Below, piece by piece: positions 1 through 13,300 of a stretch of 64,000 nt of DNA; the first letter of the stretch is position 1; the number at the start of each line of letters is the position of its first letter. The DNA comes from Macrostomum lignano. Taxonomy: Eukaryota. Made by a program: the position numbers and the translations under genes. Location: contig NIVC01000542.1 of assembly GCA_002269645.1 (NCBI GenBank), forward strand, positions 186,001-250,000, given 5' to 3'. A model generated the notes under the pieces. That model was not told the DNA's origin. It made no database searches and worked only from the letters and a program-made list of their open reading frames with translations.

Positions 1-645
1 GAACTTTCTAATGGGGATTGGCGAACTTTCTAATGGGGTTGTTGAACTTTCTAATGGGGAATGGCGAACTTTCTAATGGGGATTAGCGAACTTTCTAATG
101 GGGAATGGCGAACTTTCTAATGGGGATTAGCGAACTTTCTAATGGGGTTGTTGAACTTTCTAATGGGGAATGGCGAACTTTCTAATGGGGATTAGCGAAC
201 TTTCTAATGGGGAATGGCGAACTTTCTAATGGGGATTAGCGAACTTTCTAATGGGGATTGGCGAACTTTCTAATGGGGTTGTTGAACTTTCTAATGGGGA
301 TTAGCGAACTTTCTAATGGGGTTGTTGAACTTTCTAATGGGGATTGGCGAACTTTCTAATGGGGATTGGCGAACTTTCTAATGGGGTTGTTGAACTTTCT
401 AATGGGGATTGGCGAACTTTCTAATGGGGATTGGCGAACTTTCTAATGGGGATTGGCGAACTTTCTAATGGGGTTGTTTAACTTTCTAATGGGGATGAAC
501 TTTCTAATGGGGATTGACGAACTTTCTAATGGGGATTGGCGAACTTTCTAATGGGGTTGTTGAACTTTCTAATAGGGGTTGCTAAACTTTCTAATGGGGT
601 TGCTAAACTTTCTAATGGGGTTGCTAAACTTTCTAATAGGGGTTG
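1..645. repeat. Minisatellite, 21-22 bp unit (GAACTTTCTAATGGGGATTGGC and variants); continues off the left edge
   Basis: Direct tandem repetition visible in the sequence. Confidence 0.95.
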
Positions 646-1507
646 CCGAACAGTCAGATAACTTCTAAGTGAGCCACTTGACCCGCTGACTGAAGCTGCA
701 GACAGACACAGCTCGGGCTCTGGGCGGATTTGGCAGGAAAAATGTGGCTGAGAAGCCGAGCTGTTCTTGCATTCGAGTCGCCCCCCCCCCCGCCACTTTA
801 CCGGGCCTGTGTTGATGATGGCCTTGGCTGCACTTGAATGCCCAGCACTGCAAAAGCGGTGCGGGGCTCGCAAGTCAGGTGGCTTCTTGAACACGGGCGG
901 GCAGTCATTGTGGACCATCAGCAGGATTTTGCCTGCGCATTTGCCAGTCCCAGCCCAATCACTACAAGCGGAATTCGGCTTGCTCTGCTCAGAGAGGCGC
1001 CTAGCAACTAAATAGGCTGACCAGACACACCTCGGAGCGGACTTGGCTGGCTTCCCTCTGCATTCCTGCCGCCTCCGCCCACGTTGCTGGGGGGGGGGCA
1101 ACAGTAGATTTATCCTCAGCTGCCCCCTTTCCCCTGGCCGCAGCGAGGCCGCAACTTTGGGGATTTCGACCCATATTTTGGCCTCGAAGCGTTTCTCCCT
1201 TCCACGGCCCGCTCGAATACCTGGGATTTTGCCTGCGCAGTTTACAGTTCCCGAATCCCCCGCTGGGAGGCGAAGGGGCGGCCGGTGATTCATGGCCGAT
1301 TGGGACAGTCAAGGCGACCGGCCCTGCCGTCCGTTCCCGTTGTTTAAAAGTGCAGCAGGGATTCTGTGCTACCAATATATTTTAAACTTCCCCGCCCAGC
1401 ACAATAAAGGCTTTGCTTTTTACATTTACATTTTTTACAGAGCTGAGAATGGGTGGCTGTGGTTAGCTTAAACACCCGTAAATACCCATTGATTTTGACA
1501 ATAGGTA

Positions 1508-4243
1508 GCCAGCCTTCCAGACACTCAGTTGCTGGGCCAGCCTCCCAGATCCTCAGTTGCTGGGCCATCGCCAGCCACTCAGACCTTCAGTTGCTGGGCC
1601 AGCCTCCCAGAACCTCAGTTGCTGGGCCAGCCTCCCAGACACTCAGTTGCTGGGCCAGCCTCCCAGACACTCAGTTGCTGGGCCAGCCTCCCAGACACTC
1701 AGTTGCTGGGCCAGCCTCCCAGACACTCAGTTGCTGGGCCAGCCTCCCAGACACTCAGTTGCTGGGCCAGCCTCCCAGATCCTCAGTTGCTGGGCCAGCC
1801 TCCCAGACACTCAGTTGCTGGGCCAGCCTCCCAGATCCTCAGTTGCTGGGCCAGCCTCCCAGACACTCAGTTGCTGGGCCAGCCTCCCAGACACTCAGTT
1901 GCTGGGCCAGCCTCCCAGACACTCAGTTGCTGGGCCAGCCTCCCAGACACTCAGTTGCTGGGCCAGCCTCCCAGACACTCAGTTGCTGGGCCAGCCTCCC
2001 AGACACTCAGTTGCTGGGCCAGCCTCCCAGAACCTCAGTTGCTGGGCCAGCCTCCCAGACACTCAGTTGCTGGGCCAGCCTCCCAGAACCTCAGTTGCTG
2101 GGCCACCGCCAGCCTCCCAGACACTCAGTTGCTGGGCCAGCCTCCCAGACACTCAGTTGCTGGGCCACCGCCAGCCTCCCAGACACTCAGTTGCTGGGCC
2201 ACCGCCAGCCTCCCAGACACTCAGATGCTGGGCCACCGCCAGCCTCCCAGACACTCAGTTGCTGGGCCAGCCTCCCAGACACTCAGTTGCTGGGCCAGCC
2301 TCCCAGACACTCAGTTGCTGGGCCAGCCTCCCAGACACTCAGTTGCTGGGCCAGCCTCCCAGAACCTCAGTTGCTGGGCCAGCCTCCCAGACACTCAGTT
2401 GCTGGGCCAGCCTCCCAGACACTCAGTTGCTGGGCCAGCCTCCCAGACACTCAGATGCTGGGCCACCGCCAGCCTCCCAGACACTCAGTTGCTGGGCCAG
2501 CCTCCCAGACACTCAGTTGCTGGGCCAGCCTCCCAGACACTCAGTTGCTGGGCCAGCCTCCCAGACACTCAGTTGCTGGGCCAACCTCCCAGACACTCAG
2601 TTGCTGGGCCAGCCTCCCAGACACTCAGTTGCTGGGCCAGCCTCCCAGACACTCAGTTGCTGGGCCAGCCTCCCAGACACTCAGTTGCTGGGCCAGCCTC
2701 CCAGACACTCAGTTGCTGGGCCAGCCTCCCAGACACTCAGTTGCTGGGCCAGCCTCCCAGACACTCAGATGCTGGGCCACCGCCAGCCTCCCAGACACTC
2801 AGTTGCTGGGCCAGCCTCCCAGACACTCAGATGCTGGGCCACCGCCAGCCTCCCAGACACTCAGTTGCTGGGCCAGCCTCCCAGACACTCAGTTGCTGGG
2901 CCAGCCTCCCAGACACTCAGTTGCTGGGCCAGCCTCCCAGACACTAAGTTGCTGGGCCAGCCTCCCAGACACTCAGATGCTGGGCCACCGCCAGCCTCCC
3001 AGACACTCAGTTGCTGGGCCAGCCTCCCAGACACTCAGTTGCTGGGCCAGCCTCCCAGACACTCAGTTGCTGGGCCAGCCTCCCAGAACCTCAGTTGCTG
3101 GGCCACCGCCAGCCTCCCAGACACTCAGTTGCTGGGCCACCGCCAGCCTCCCAGACACTCAGTTGCTGGGCCACCGCCAGCCTCCCAGACACTCAGTTGC
3201 TGGGCCAGCCTCTTAGACCCTCAGTTGCTGGGCCAGCCTCCCAGACACTCAGTTGCTGGGCCAGCCTCCCAGACACTCAGTTGCTGGGCCAGCCTCCCAG
3301 ACACTCAGTTGCTGGGCCAGCCTCCCAGACACTCAGTTGCTGGGCCAGCCTCCCAGACACTCAGTTGCTGGGCCAGCCTCCCAGACACTCAGTTGCTTGG
3401 CCAGCCTCCCAGAACCTCAGTTGCTGGGCCAGCCTCCCAGACACTCAGTTGCTGGGCCAGCCTCCCAGATCCTCAGTTGCTGGGCCAGCCTCCCAGACAC
3501 TCAGTTGCTGGGCCAGCCTCTTAGACCCTCAGTTGCTGGGCCAGCCTCCCAGACACTCAGTTGCTGGGCCAGCCTCCCAGACACTCAGTTGCTGGGCCAG
3601 CCTCCCAGACACTCAGTTGCTGGGCCAGCCTCCCAGACACTCAGTTGCTGGGCCAGCCTCCCAGACACTCAGTTGCTGGGCCAGCCTCCCAGACACTCAG
3701 TTGCTGGGCCAGCCTCCCAGACACTCAGTTGCTTGGCCAGCCTCCCAGAACCTCAGTTGCTGGGCCAGCCTCCCAGACACTCAGTTGCTGGGCCAGCCTC
3801 CCAGATCCTCAGTTGCTGGGCCAGCCTCCCAGACACTCAGTTGCTGGGCCAGCCTCCCAGACACTCAGTTGCTGGGCCAGCCTCCCAGACACTCAGTTGC
3901 TGGGCCAGCCTCCCAGACACTCAGTTGCTGGGCCAGCCTCCCAGATCCTCAGTTGCTGGGCCAGCCTCCCAGACACTCAGTTGCTGGGCCAGCCTCCCAG
4001 ATCCTCAGTTGCTGGGCCAGCCTCCCAGACACTCAGTTGCTGGGCCAGCCTCCCAGACACTCAGTTGCTGGGCCAGCCTCCCAGACACTCAGTTGCTGGG
4101 CCAGCCTCCCAGACACTCAGTTGCTGGGCCAGCCTCCCAGACACTCAGTTGCTGGGCCAGCCTCCCAGACACTCAGTTGCTGGGCCAGCCTCCCAGACAC
4201 TCAGTTGCTGGGCCACCGCCAGCCTCCCAGATCCTCAGTTGCT
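1508..4243. repeat. Minisatellite, 28 bp unit CCAGCCTCCCAGACACTCAGTTGCTGGG (about 95 copies, some with a 6-bp CCACCG insertion)
   Basis: Tandem array. The GCTTGG variant recurs at 3395 and 3731 (336 bp = 12 units apart). The array explains the long stop-free ORFs at 1453-4491. Confidence 0.97.
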
Positions 4244-4303
4244 CCCCAATCTCACAAAAAATGAACCGATCTTCACTTCCCCAAATCTCGATCCCGTCTG
4301 CAG

Positions 4304-7300
4304 CAGCGTCAGCAATGATCGCCGAGGCCCCGGCGGCGGCCTGGACTCAGTCGACAGCACCGGGGCCACCTGGCAGGCGTCGGTCACCGCCTCGCTTCGC
4401 CCGACCTCCGCGCTGGCAGGCGGTGGCTCGGCGGTGCAGCAGCTGTCGGAGCACCTGGCCAGACTCTCGGACGCCACGCTGGACTCGCTGAGCTCTGAGT
4501 CGCTGCGCCGCGTGTCCTCCTGGTCGGAGACGCAGGAAAAGAAGCAGCTGAAGCGGTGCGGCGAGAAGCAGGTGCGCCGCTGCAACTTCATCTATGAGCT
4601 CGTGTCCACCGAGCTGAGCCACCTCAGGAACATCCGCGTGCTGCGCGCCGTCTTCCGCGACCCGCTCCGTCAGTTCTTCAATGGCGACGTGGACAGGCTG
4701 TTCCCGCACCTGGACGAGCTGGAGAGGTTGCACACCTGCCTGCTGAGGGACTTGCGCGACTGCGACCCGCCGGCTGACCGGCTACCCAACGACTGGCCCG
4801 GCCTCGGCCGCGTCGGCGCGGTGTTGCGGCGGCACCTCGGCGAGCCGCGTGGTGCCGACTGGCTGCGGGCCTACGGCGGCTTCTGCTCGGAGCACACGCT
4901 GCACCTGCAGAAGGCGCCGGCCGGCATCGCGCAGCGGTGGCCGGAGTTCGCGGACCTCCTGCAGCAGTGCGAGCGGAGCCCCATGGCTGGGAGGAAGACA
5001 CTGCAGGTGGGACTGCTTAGGGCAGTTTCCCTTGAAGATTAGAGCAGTTTCCTTTGAGGATTTGAGCAGTTTCCCTTGAAGATCAGAGCCGCTTCCCTTG
5101 AAGATTTGAGCAGTTTCCCTTGAAGATTTGAGCAGTTTCCCTTGAAGATTAGAGCAGTTTCCCTTGAGGATTTGAGCAGTTTTCCCTTGAGGATTTGAGC
5201 AGTTTCCCTTGAAGATTTGAGCAGTTTCCTTTGAGGATTTGAGCAGTTTCCCTTGAGGATTTGAGCAGTTTCCCTTGAGGATTTGAGCAGTTTCCCTTGA
5301 GGATTCGAGCAATTTTCCCTAGAGAATTTGAGCAGTTTCCCTTGAGGATTTGAGCAGTTTCCCTTGAGGATTCGAGCAGGGGTTGAGGATTTGAGCCGCT
5401 TCCCTTGAGGATTTAAGCAGTTTCCCTTGAGGATTTGAGCAGTTTCCCCTGGGGCTTTGAGCAGTTTCCCTTGAGGATTTGAGCCGTTTCCCCTGGGGCT
5501 TTGAGCAGTTTCCTTTGAGGATTTGAGCAGTTTCCCTTGAGGATTCGAGCAATTTTCCCTAGAGAATTTGAGCAGTTTCCCTTGAGGATTTGAGCAGTTT
5601 CCCTTGAGGATTCGAGCAGGGGTTGAGGATTTGAGCCGCTTCCCTTGAGGATTTAAGCAGTTTCCCTTGAGGATTTGAGCAGTTTCCCCTGGGGCTTTGA
5701 GCAGTTTCCCTTGAGGATTTGAGCAGTTTCCCCTGGGGCTTTGAGCAGTTTCCCTTGAGGATTTGAGCAGTTTGCCTTGAGGATTCGAGCAGTTTCCCTT
5801 GAGGATTTGAGCAGTTTCCCTTGAGGATTCGAGCAGTTTCCCTTGAGGATTTGAGCAGTTTTCTATTGACATCCGCACGCAATGAAAGTCTCAATGCCAA
5901 ATTCATGCTCATACCGGCAGGACTTTTACCTGATGCTGACCCAGCGCCTGTCCAAGTACAAGACGCTGTTCCCCCAGATCAGCGAGTACTGCCAGCTCGC
6001 GCCGGAGGACCCGGACATGCCGCGCGCCTGCCAGGACCTCGACCGGCTGCTAGAAGGCGTCAACGCCACGGTGGAGAGCAGCCACAACCGGCACCTGCTG
6101 GAGCGGATCGCGGCCGGTTTCCAGCCCAGCCCCGAGCAGAGCGGCCTGAGCGCCGACCAGCTGATGTCGCGCAGCCTCCTGCACAGCGGCCATCTCAAGC
6201 TGCAGACAAGCGAGATGAAATCCCACGTGCCCTGCTTCGCTGTGCTGCTCAACGACATGCTCGTCTTCCTGCAGGAGCTGCCGGGCGACCGCTACTCGCC
6301 GCTGGCCTGCCCCAGCCGCTACGTGCCCGTCATCCACTTCAGCGAGACCGACGCCATCGTGCGGGAGAACGAGTCCGGCAAGTCCAAGGCGACCTTCTTC
6401 ATCATCATCAAGAAGCCCGATCCGGCGCTGATTAACCTGGCCTGCATGAGTCTGGAGGAGAGGAACAAATGGCTGCGCCGCATCAACCAGGTGGGTCAGG
6501 TGTGGTGCTGACCAGGTGGGTCAGGTGTGGTGCTGACCAGGTGGGTCAAGTGTGGTGCTGACCAGGTGGGTCAGGTGTGGTGTTGACCAGGTGGGTCAAG
6601 TGTGGTGCTGACCAGGTGGGTCAGGTGTGGTGCTGACCAGGTGGGTCAGGTGTGGTGCTGACCAGGTGGGTCAGGTTTAGTGCTGACCAGGTGGGTCAGG
6701 TGTGGTGCTGAACAGGTGGGTCAGGTTTAGTGCTGACCAGGTGGGTCAGGTGTGGTGCTGACCAGGTGGGTCAGGTGTGGTGCTGACCTGGTGGGTCAGG
6801 TGTGGTGCTGACCAGGTGGGTCAGGTTTAGTGCTGACCAGGTGGGTCAGGTGTGGTGCTGACCAGGTGGGTCAGGTGTGGTGCTGACCTGGTGGGTCAGG
6901 CGTGGTGTTGACCAGATGGGTCAGGTGTGGTGCTTGTTGCGTATTGCTATGACTACTGCAAAGTATAGACTTTTACTTTGAAAATAGTCTATGGTTTATG
7001 CGACGCGATACAGTACTCTCCTTTGTTTGCTAAGCTTCGAATCTTTTCATTTAGGAGCACAAGACCCTAGGAGCGCGCTGCCGCTAAAATATAGCTTAAT
7101 TTCAAACTACCATAATTCATTGACTTGGCGTTCCTCAAACAAAACATGGCGACGAGGATAAAAAGCAACTGAGGGTCGAGGAAAATTCCGCACCTGCTGC
7201 CCTCAAAATGGCTCAGTCAATGGAGTACCGTCTTGGTGAGATGCCACTTTCTTACCCAGAGATAGAACAATACTTCAAACGACTTCTGTTCTACCTGGAG

Positions 7301-10300
7301 GCAACTGAGAAGAATGAGCAAGCTAAAGCAGTCCTACTGGCTACCTGCGGTGAATCTGCATTCAATCTGGTGGAGGAGCTGATAAAACCAGAAGACATCA
7401 CCAAGGCCGGTGTTACGTTCAAGTCGATTCAGGACACTTTGCTCGAGCACTTCAAACCGAAAGTTCTGCTTCATTATGAGCGACATGTGTTCCATTCTAC
7501 TGTTCAAAAGGATGCGGAGAGCATTACAAATTTCGTTGCACGGCTCAAGCAACAGGCGAACAAGTGCCAATATGGTGAATTGTGCGAAGACCTGATCCTG
7601 TCTCAGTTCATCTTCGGACTTCGTAGTCAGAATCTGCGGCAAAAACTGCTATCCAAAGGCACGCTTGAGCTTAATGATGCTATTCAAGAGGGACTCATGA
7701 CCGAGTCAATTGCAACTGCTACAGACAAGCCGGAAACTATCGCTAATGTGCAGAATGCTGGGACATTCTCGAGACCAAGAAGCTGCAGTGCCCAACGCTC
7801 TGTCTCATTCAAGCAACCTCAGGGACATCTGCATAATCAGTCGAGCGGCAAACCTAAAGGTAAAACGGCTAAGTGTCACACCTGTGGGAAATCGGGACAT
7901 CTACGATCAGCATGCAGGTTCCGAGAAGCCAAGTGCCATAAATGCGGCAAGGTAGGACATCTAGCTACCGTGTGCAGATCAAAGGCTATGAACGCAATCC
8001 AACGAATGCCAAGCTGCAGCCCTTCACCAGGGAACACTAGCTCTTACCATCTGGAACTCATTCATGCGGTTAGACAGCCAAAAACGGGTTACTCAGATCA
8101 GTGGTTTGTTCGGTGTCGTCTAGGAAAAACCGAAGTCAACATGCTTGTGGACACCGGCAGCCAAGTAACCGTGGTTCCGGATCAAATCGCCAAGAGCTCA
8201 GGCTTAGAGTTACAGCCAGTCAGCCAAAAACTAAGATCTTACGGAGGTTTTCAAGCTACGGTCACTTCTGTCATCTACGGGGCAAAGCTACAGGTTATTG
8301 GTGGCAAGTCTGCTTCAGAAAACATCTACGTCGGTCATGATACAACAGCTATTCTGGGCATGAACTTCATACCGTCCCTAGACCTAGTGCGAATGGATCA
8401 AGCGGTTCGAGTGTCGAATGAACACAAGTGCCTACCAGTCGTCCGAGATCAAAACTCAAACTTCATTGCCAGCTTTCGCTTACGTTCGGGTGTGAGTATG
8501 GAAGGCATGCGATTTCCTGCTCGCTCACTTCCTTTCTCCATGAAGTCTATGGTAGAAACCGAACTAAGAAGACTTCTTGCTTCAGGAATCATCTATTCAG
8601 TCAAGAATCCTACTGTTGCAGCGCCAATAGTCCCAGTGGTCAAGCCCGAGGGATCAGTAAGACCTATTCGACTGTGTGGCGACTACTCTATGACGCTCAA
8701 TCGTCTTATTGACGTGGACAAGTACAGGTTTCCGAAGATGGAGGAGATCCTGGCTAAGATTCCCAACGCTAAATTCTATACGGTCCTAGACTTAGAACAG
8801 GCCTTCTTACAGGTGGCTCTATCCCCTGAGAGCCAAGAGCTCACATGCATTTCTACTCACATGGGATTCTTTGCATTCAGATATCTACAATTCGGGATTT
8901 CCGCGGCGCCTCTAATATTTCAGGAAATCATGGACGAAGTTCTTCGGGATGTACCATTTACAGCCTCATATCAGGATGACATCATTATTGGGACTCCTGA
9001 GGATTCAGCCGAAAAACACATGCAGCTGGTTCGTCAAGTCAAGGATCGTTTGGCAAACTGCGGGTTCAAGATTAACCAGAGAAAGTCTCAAGAATGTCGT
9101 AGAGAAGTTCGATTTCTTGGCTTCATTTTGCGCGATGGAGGCATGCACCCCGACCCAGCACGAATGGAGGCGTGGAAGAGGTTACCATATCCAAAAGACA
9201 AAGACCAACTGCGCAGCGCTCTGTGCACCTTCCGACACTATGGCGTCTTCTGCAAGAACTTTTCAATGATTGCACGACCGTTATATCAGCTGCTGAAGAA
9301 AGGAGTTCACTGGAGTTGGCATGGAAAGCAGTCTGAGGCATTCGACAAGCTTAAGAGCATTATTGCAGGCGGTGTGATAACCGCATACGACATTACGAAG
9401 CCGTTGTACTTGATTTGTGACGCCTCTAAGGATGGCCTCGGGTACGTTCTAGCTCATGATCCAATGCAAAGACAGGTTGTCTGGCTAGGCAGCCGAGTCC
9501 TGACTCCAGCGGAGAGCAACTACGCTAACATTGAGCGGGAGGCGTTAGCGATCGTCGAAGGGACCAGATACTTTTATCAGTACCTCGCGGGTCGAAAATT
9601 TACCATCATTTCTGATCACCGACCGCTTCAGTACATATTTAATCCGAACAAGGTCTCCGAGCGAGTTTCAGCAAGGATTCAGCGATGGGCATTACTGTTA
9701 AGAGCTTACGATTACAATGTGATGTACGTCAAGGGTGAAAAGATGTACGCTGCAGACACTTTGTCTAGACTTCCATTGCAGTCGGACTCAGCGGATCAGA
9801 AGATCAACCTCCTAGAAATCAATGCACTGGAGGGTTTCGGAAACTCCGAACAGCTACTGCAGAGGATCGTGCGAACTAAAGATTACAAGTTGGACATGCT
9901 CAAGAAGTACATTCAAGACGGCTGGCCTGCTTATACACCACCAGCTATGCTGCCATATGCACGCAATAAGTTGGAATACACACTCCAAAATGGAGTGATT
10001 TTCAAAGGATTGCGCATCGTCCCACCCTCTAGCCTGAGAAGCGAAATTCTTCAGATGCTTCACGAGGACCACCCCGGCATCGTGAGGATGCTACGTCTAT
10101 CCAGACAGTACTTCTGGTGGCCCGATATAGATGCTCAAATCAATGCATTCGTTCAACGTTGTGTTCAATGCCAGCTACATGCTAGGAAAAGAAGCAATGC
10201 AAATCTGTCGTCATGGCCGGAGACAAAAAGTTTCTTCGAGAGAGTTCACGTTGACATCGCTACTTTCAAAGGTCAACGCTTCCTTGTCCTGGTTGACGCA

Positions 10301-13300
10301 TTTTCAAAATGGGTAGATGTACAGTCCGTGCCGTCAATGAAAGCATCCATTGTCATCAGTGCGCTGAGAAAAACGTTCAAGTATACCGGATTGCCGAAAA
10401 ATCTGGTTTCGGACAATGGTGGAACTTTTGTGGCAGAAGATTTCGTTACTTTCCTGCGAGAGAACTACATCGTCCACACACTTACTCCCCCAGGACATCA
10501 TCAGTCCAACGGTCAGGTGGAGAGAGTCATTGAAGAATTGAAGTTTCATTTAAGAAAGTTAAACGCTGGTGCCAATCTTTCTGAGCTGGAAAGGCATTTA
10601 GCAGGATTCTGCCTGTTTCAGAATACGACTCCTCACTGCAATGGATCAATTCCGGCACTTCTGGTGTTTCAGCAGTCGCCCCGAACACGTCTATCAGCCG
10701 TTTGTACAGAGAGGACGAGGCCGGTTCAAGAGCCAGTTCCTGTTTTCGTGCGTGTGGAGCACAAGGAGCAACGGGTCCCCTCTGAGCTGAAGTCTACAGT
10801 TGGTACAAATACTTTCCGAGACGCAGAAGGACGACTAGTGCACCAGTCCGATGCTACTGCTCGTACAGAGGAACTACCGATTGATGATTCGAAGCAGTCT
10901 GGGATCACCCCTCGTGATACTGATGCAACTACGTGCCAAGACAGTGCTACGACAAGTCCAATGCGCCATGCAATGCAGTCGCCTAGGCACAAGGAACACG
11001 GTGTGCTCGAGTTCCGTAGGAGCACGCGAGTCAGGCGACCTCCGGAACGATTGACTTATTACTGAATTGCTTGAGGCGTAACTTTGAACTGCACTGTATA
11101 AGCATCGGTGGGGGTGTTGCGTATTGCTATGACTACTGCAAAGTATAGACTTTTACTTTGAAAATAGTCTATGGTTTATGCGACGCGATACAGTACTCTC
11201 CTTTGTTTGCTAAGCTTCGAATCTTTTCATTTAGGAGCACAAGACCCTAGGAGCGCGCTGCCGCTAAAATATAGCTTAATTTCAAACTACCATAATTCAT
11301 TGACTTGGCGTTCCTCAAACAAAACAGTGCTGACCTGGTGGGTCAGGTTTAGTGCTGACCTGGTGGGTCAGGTTTAGTGCTGACCAGGTGGGTCAGGTGT
11401 GGTGCTGACCAGGTGGGTCAGGTATGGGGCCAACAGGTAGTGAGGAGGAGAATTTTGAGGCGGAAAAATCTAATTTGATGCCTTCATTCGAAGGTCCGAG
11501 ATTCGAATCCGCGGGCGGACGAGCGCGCCGTGCAGGCCGAGAAGCGGCTACGCGAGAAGTCGAAGGTGTCGGCGGAGCTCCTCGCCAGCATGGAGGCGAA
11601 GGACCGCGAGCTGCGCGGCCTGCTGAACGAGAAGGGCCAGCTGTGGAAGCAGCTGCTGGGCCTGTGGGGCCCCTCGGAGCCGGCGGCGCTGCCAGAGGAG
11701 GGCTCGGACCCCGACCAGCTGCTGTGCCAGGCCCTGCGGGAGCTGGACAGCCTGCGCCGCCTGCTGCACTCGGCGCCCGCGTTTGCAGCCGGCGCGTCGG
11801 AGAACGCGGAAGCGTCAGGCGGGAGTCTCACGCGCAGCGCCAGCAACGCCGAGGACAAGGCCACCTCCTCCGTCTCGCTGCCGAAGCGGGCCGACACCTT
11901 CAGCGGCTACGACTCCCGGCAGCAGCGGCCGCCCGCATCAGCCGTCCAGGATGAGTCGCTGAACGGGTCCGACATCCTGCTGGCTCAGCAGCCGCAGCCG
12001 TCGCAGACGCCGCAGCCGGCGCCGACGCAGTCAAAGTCGGCGACCACCGCCTCCTCCTCGACCAGCTTGTCAGTGAAGGTGAGTCAGAAGGCAGAAGAGG
12101 CTGCTCAGAGTAGATGAAGCTGTACCGTGGATTCGATACATTTTCTTGGAGTTCCTTCTGTGAGAATAAATTACATAATGCTTTTATGACTTGTGAAATG
12201 TACTCAGTCAGAATGTACTCAGCCAGTGTGCTCAGTCAGAATGTACTCAGCCAGTGTGCTCAGTCAGAATGTACTCAGCCAGTGTGCTCAGTCAGAATGT
12301 ACTCAGCCAGTGTACTCAGTCAGAATGTACTCAGCCAGTGTACTCAGTCAGAATGTACTCAGCCAGTGTACTCAGTCAGAATGTACTCAGCCAGTGTACT
12401 CAGTCAGAATGTACTCAGTCAGAATGTACTCAGCCAGTGTGCTCAGCCAGAATGTACTCAGCCAGTGTGCTCAGCCAGTGCCCTCATGCCAAAAGTGCAC
12501 AGAGTTAAACCGCTGCTTCAAAAACATGCTGAGCAGCCAAGAATCATAAAAATGCACAATCTGCTTATTCACAAGCTAGACTGGCGGTGTCAGTTCTTGG
12601 GCCTGTTTAATACTGTCATGACCTTTATTGAACTTTAGAAAACTTCGAACGCAACACTCTGTTGCTAGGCAATATTTTTTGTTCACTCGCTAGCGCCGCC
12701 CCCGCCGCCCCCACCAGGCACGCCGCAAATCAGTGGCCGCGGACGCGGTGTCCGAGCTGTTCGGATCCAGGGTACTGCTCAGCCTCTGCACTTTAAGCAC
12801 GGGCTTCTTGCGCCTAACATTTTGCAGCGTTAAAAATGCCATAAAATTCCACCCCAGATCTGACCAGAAGAAACCCCGCGGTGTCTTAACCAGAGGAACC
12901 TGGCCTAACCCGCCTCAGACAATGCTGTACTTTGCCTTTAACAAACAATATAACATTATAATATTCATTACAGCCTAACCAATACTTAATGCACTGATGC
13001 CCAACTGCCAAGGCTTTAGAGGTGTTTAGAGGTTTAGAAGTATTTATTAGAGGTTGCACGCGATTGCCAATTCAATTCAAACAGGGTAGGGGCTGGAGAA
13101 CTCACTGCTTGAGTCCGCCATGGCTGCTCATTTGCAGGGTTGCTCAGGGTTGCCAGTCAGCCAGCCGATCGATCCAATCAATGATCGCCCTGCAACGTGC
13201 CGCCTTCACTAAAATTCAATTCTTTCAAACCACACATTTCAAGCTATTGCATCCGCACTATGCTACTGCAAGACTGACACAAGTAGCATAGTTGAGTTTT

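Larger units (their letters stand above)
6935..11326 (+). mobile_element. Full-length Ty3/Gypsy LTR retrotransposon (Mag-like), 4392 bp
   Basis: TG...CA LTRs at 6935-7146 and 11115-11326, identical by eye. 5-bp TSD GTGCT (6930-6934 and 11327-11331). PBS at 7147, G-rich PPT before the 3' LTR, and a single gag-pol ORF. Confidence 0.98.

Noticed and set aside
526-1375. ORFs 526-1293(-), 767-1015(+) and 1001-1375(-), including a CSDWAGTGKC stretch resembling ShK
   Set aside because: The remaining ShK cysteines are missing, there is no recognisable domain, and no phase-consistent link to the RhoGEF was found. The region remains unexplained.
4225-4245. Idea that the 28-bp array is a hairpin-masked copy of the RhoGEF splice acceptor (CCCAG...CTCAG|TTG...CTGGG, with the stem broken in the last copy)
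   Set aside because: 4244-4303 is AT/pyrimidine-rich and ends CCCGTCTGCAG. This matches the 40-80 nt unique tails seen between arrays and acceptors elsewhere, so the true acceptor is more likely 4303. The upstream exon phase is unknown, so RNA-seq would be needed to revive the idea.
1453-4491. Six overlapping 400-650 aa ORFs (SQTLSCWASLPDTQLLGQPPRHSVAGPA repeats)
   Set aside because: These are products of a stop-free 28-bp array cycling through all three frames; there is no coding signature.
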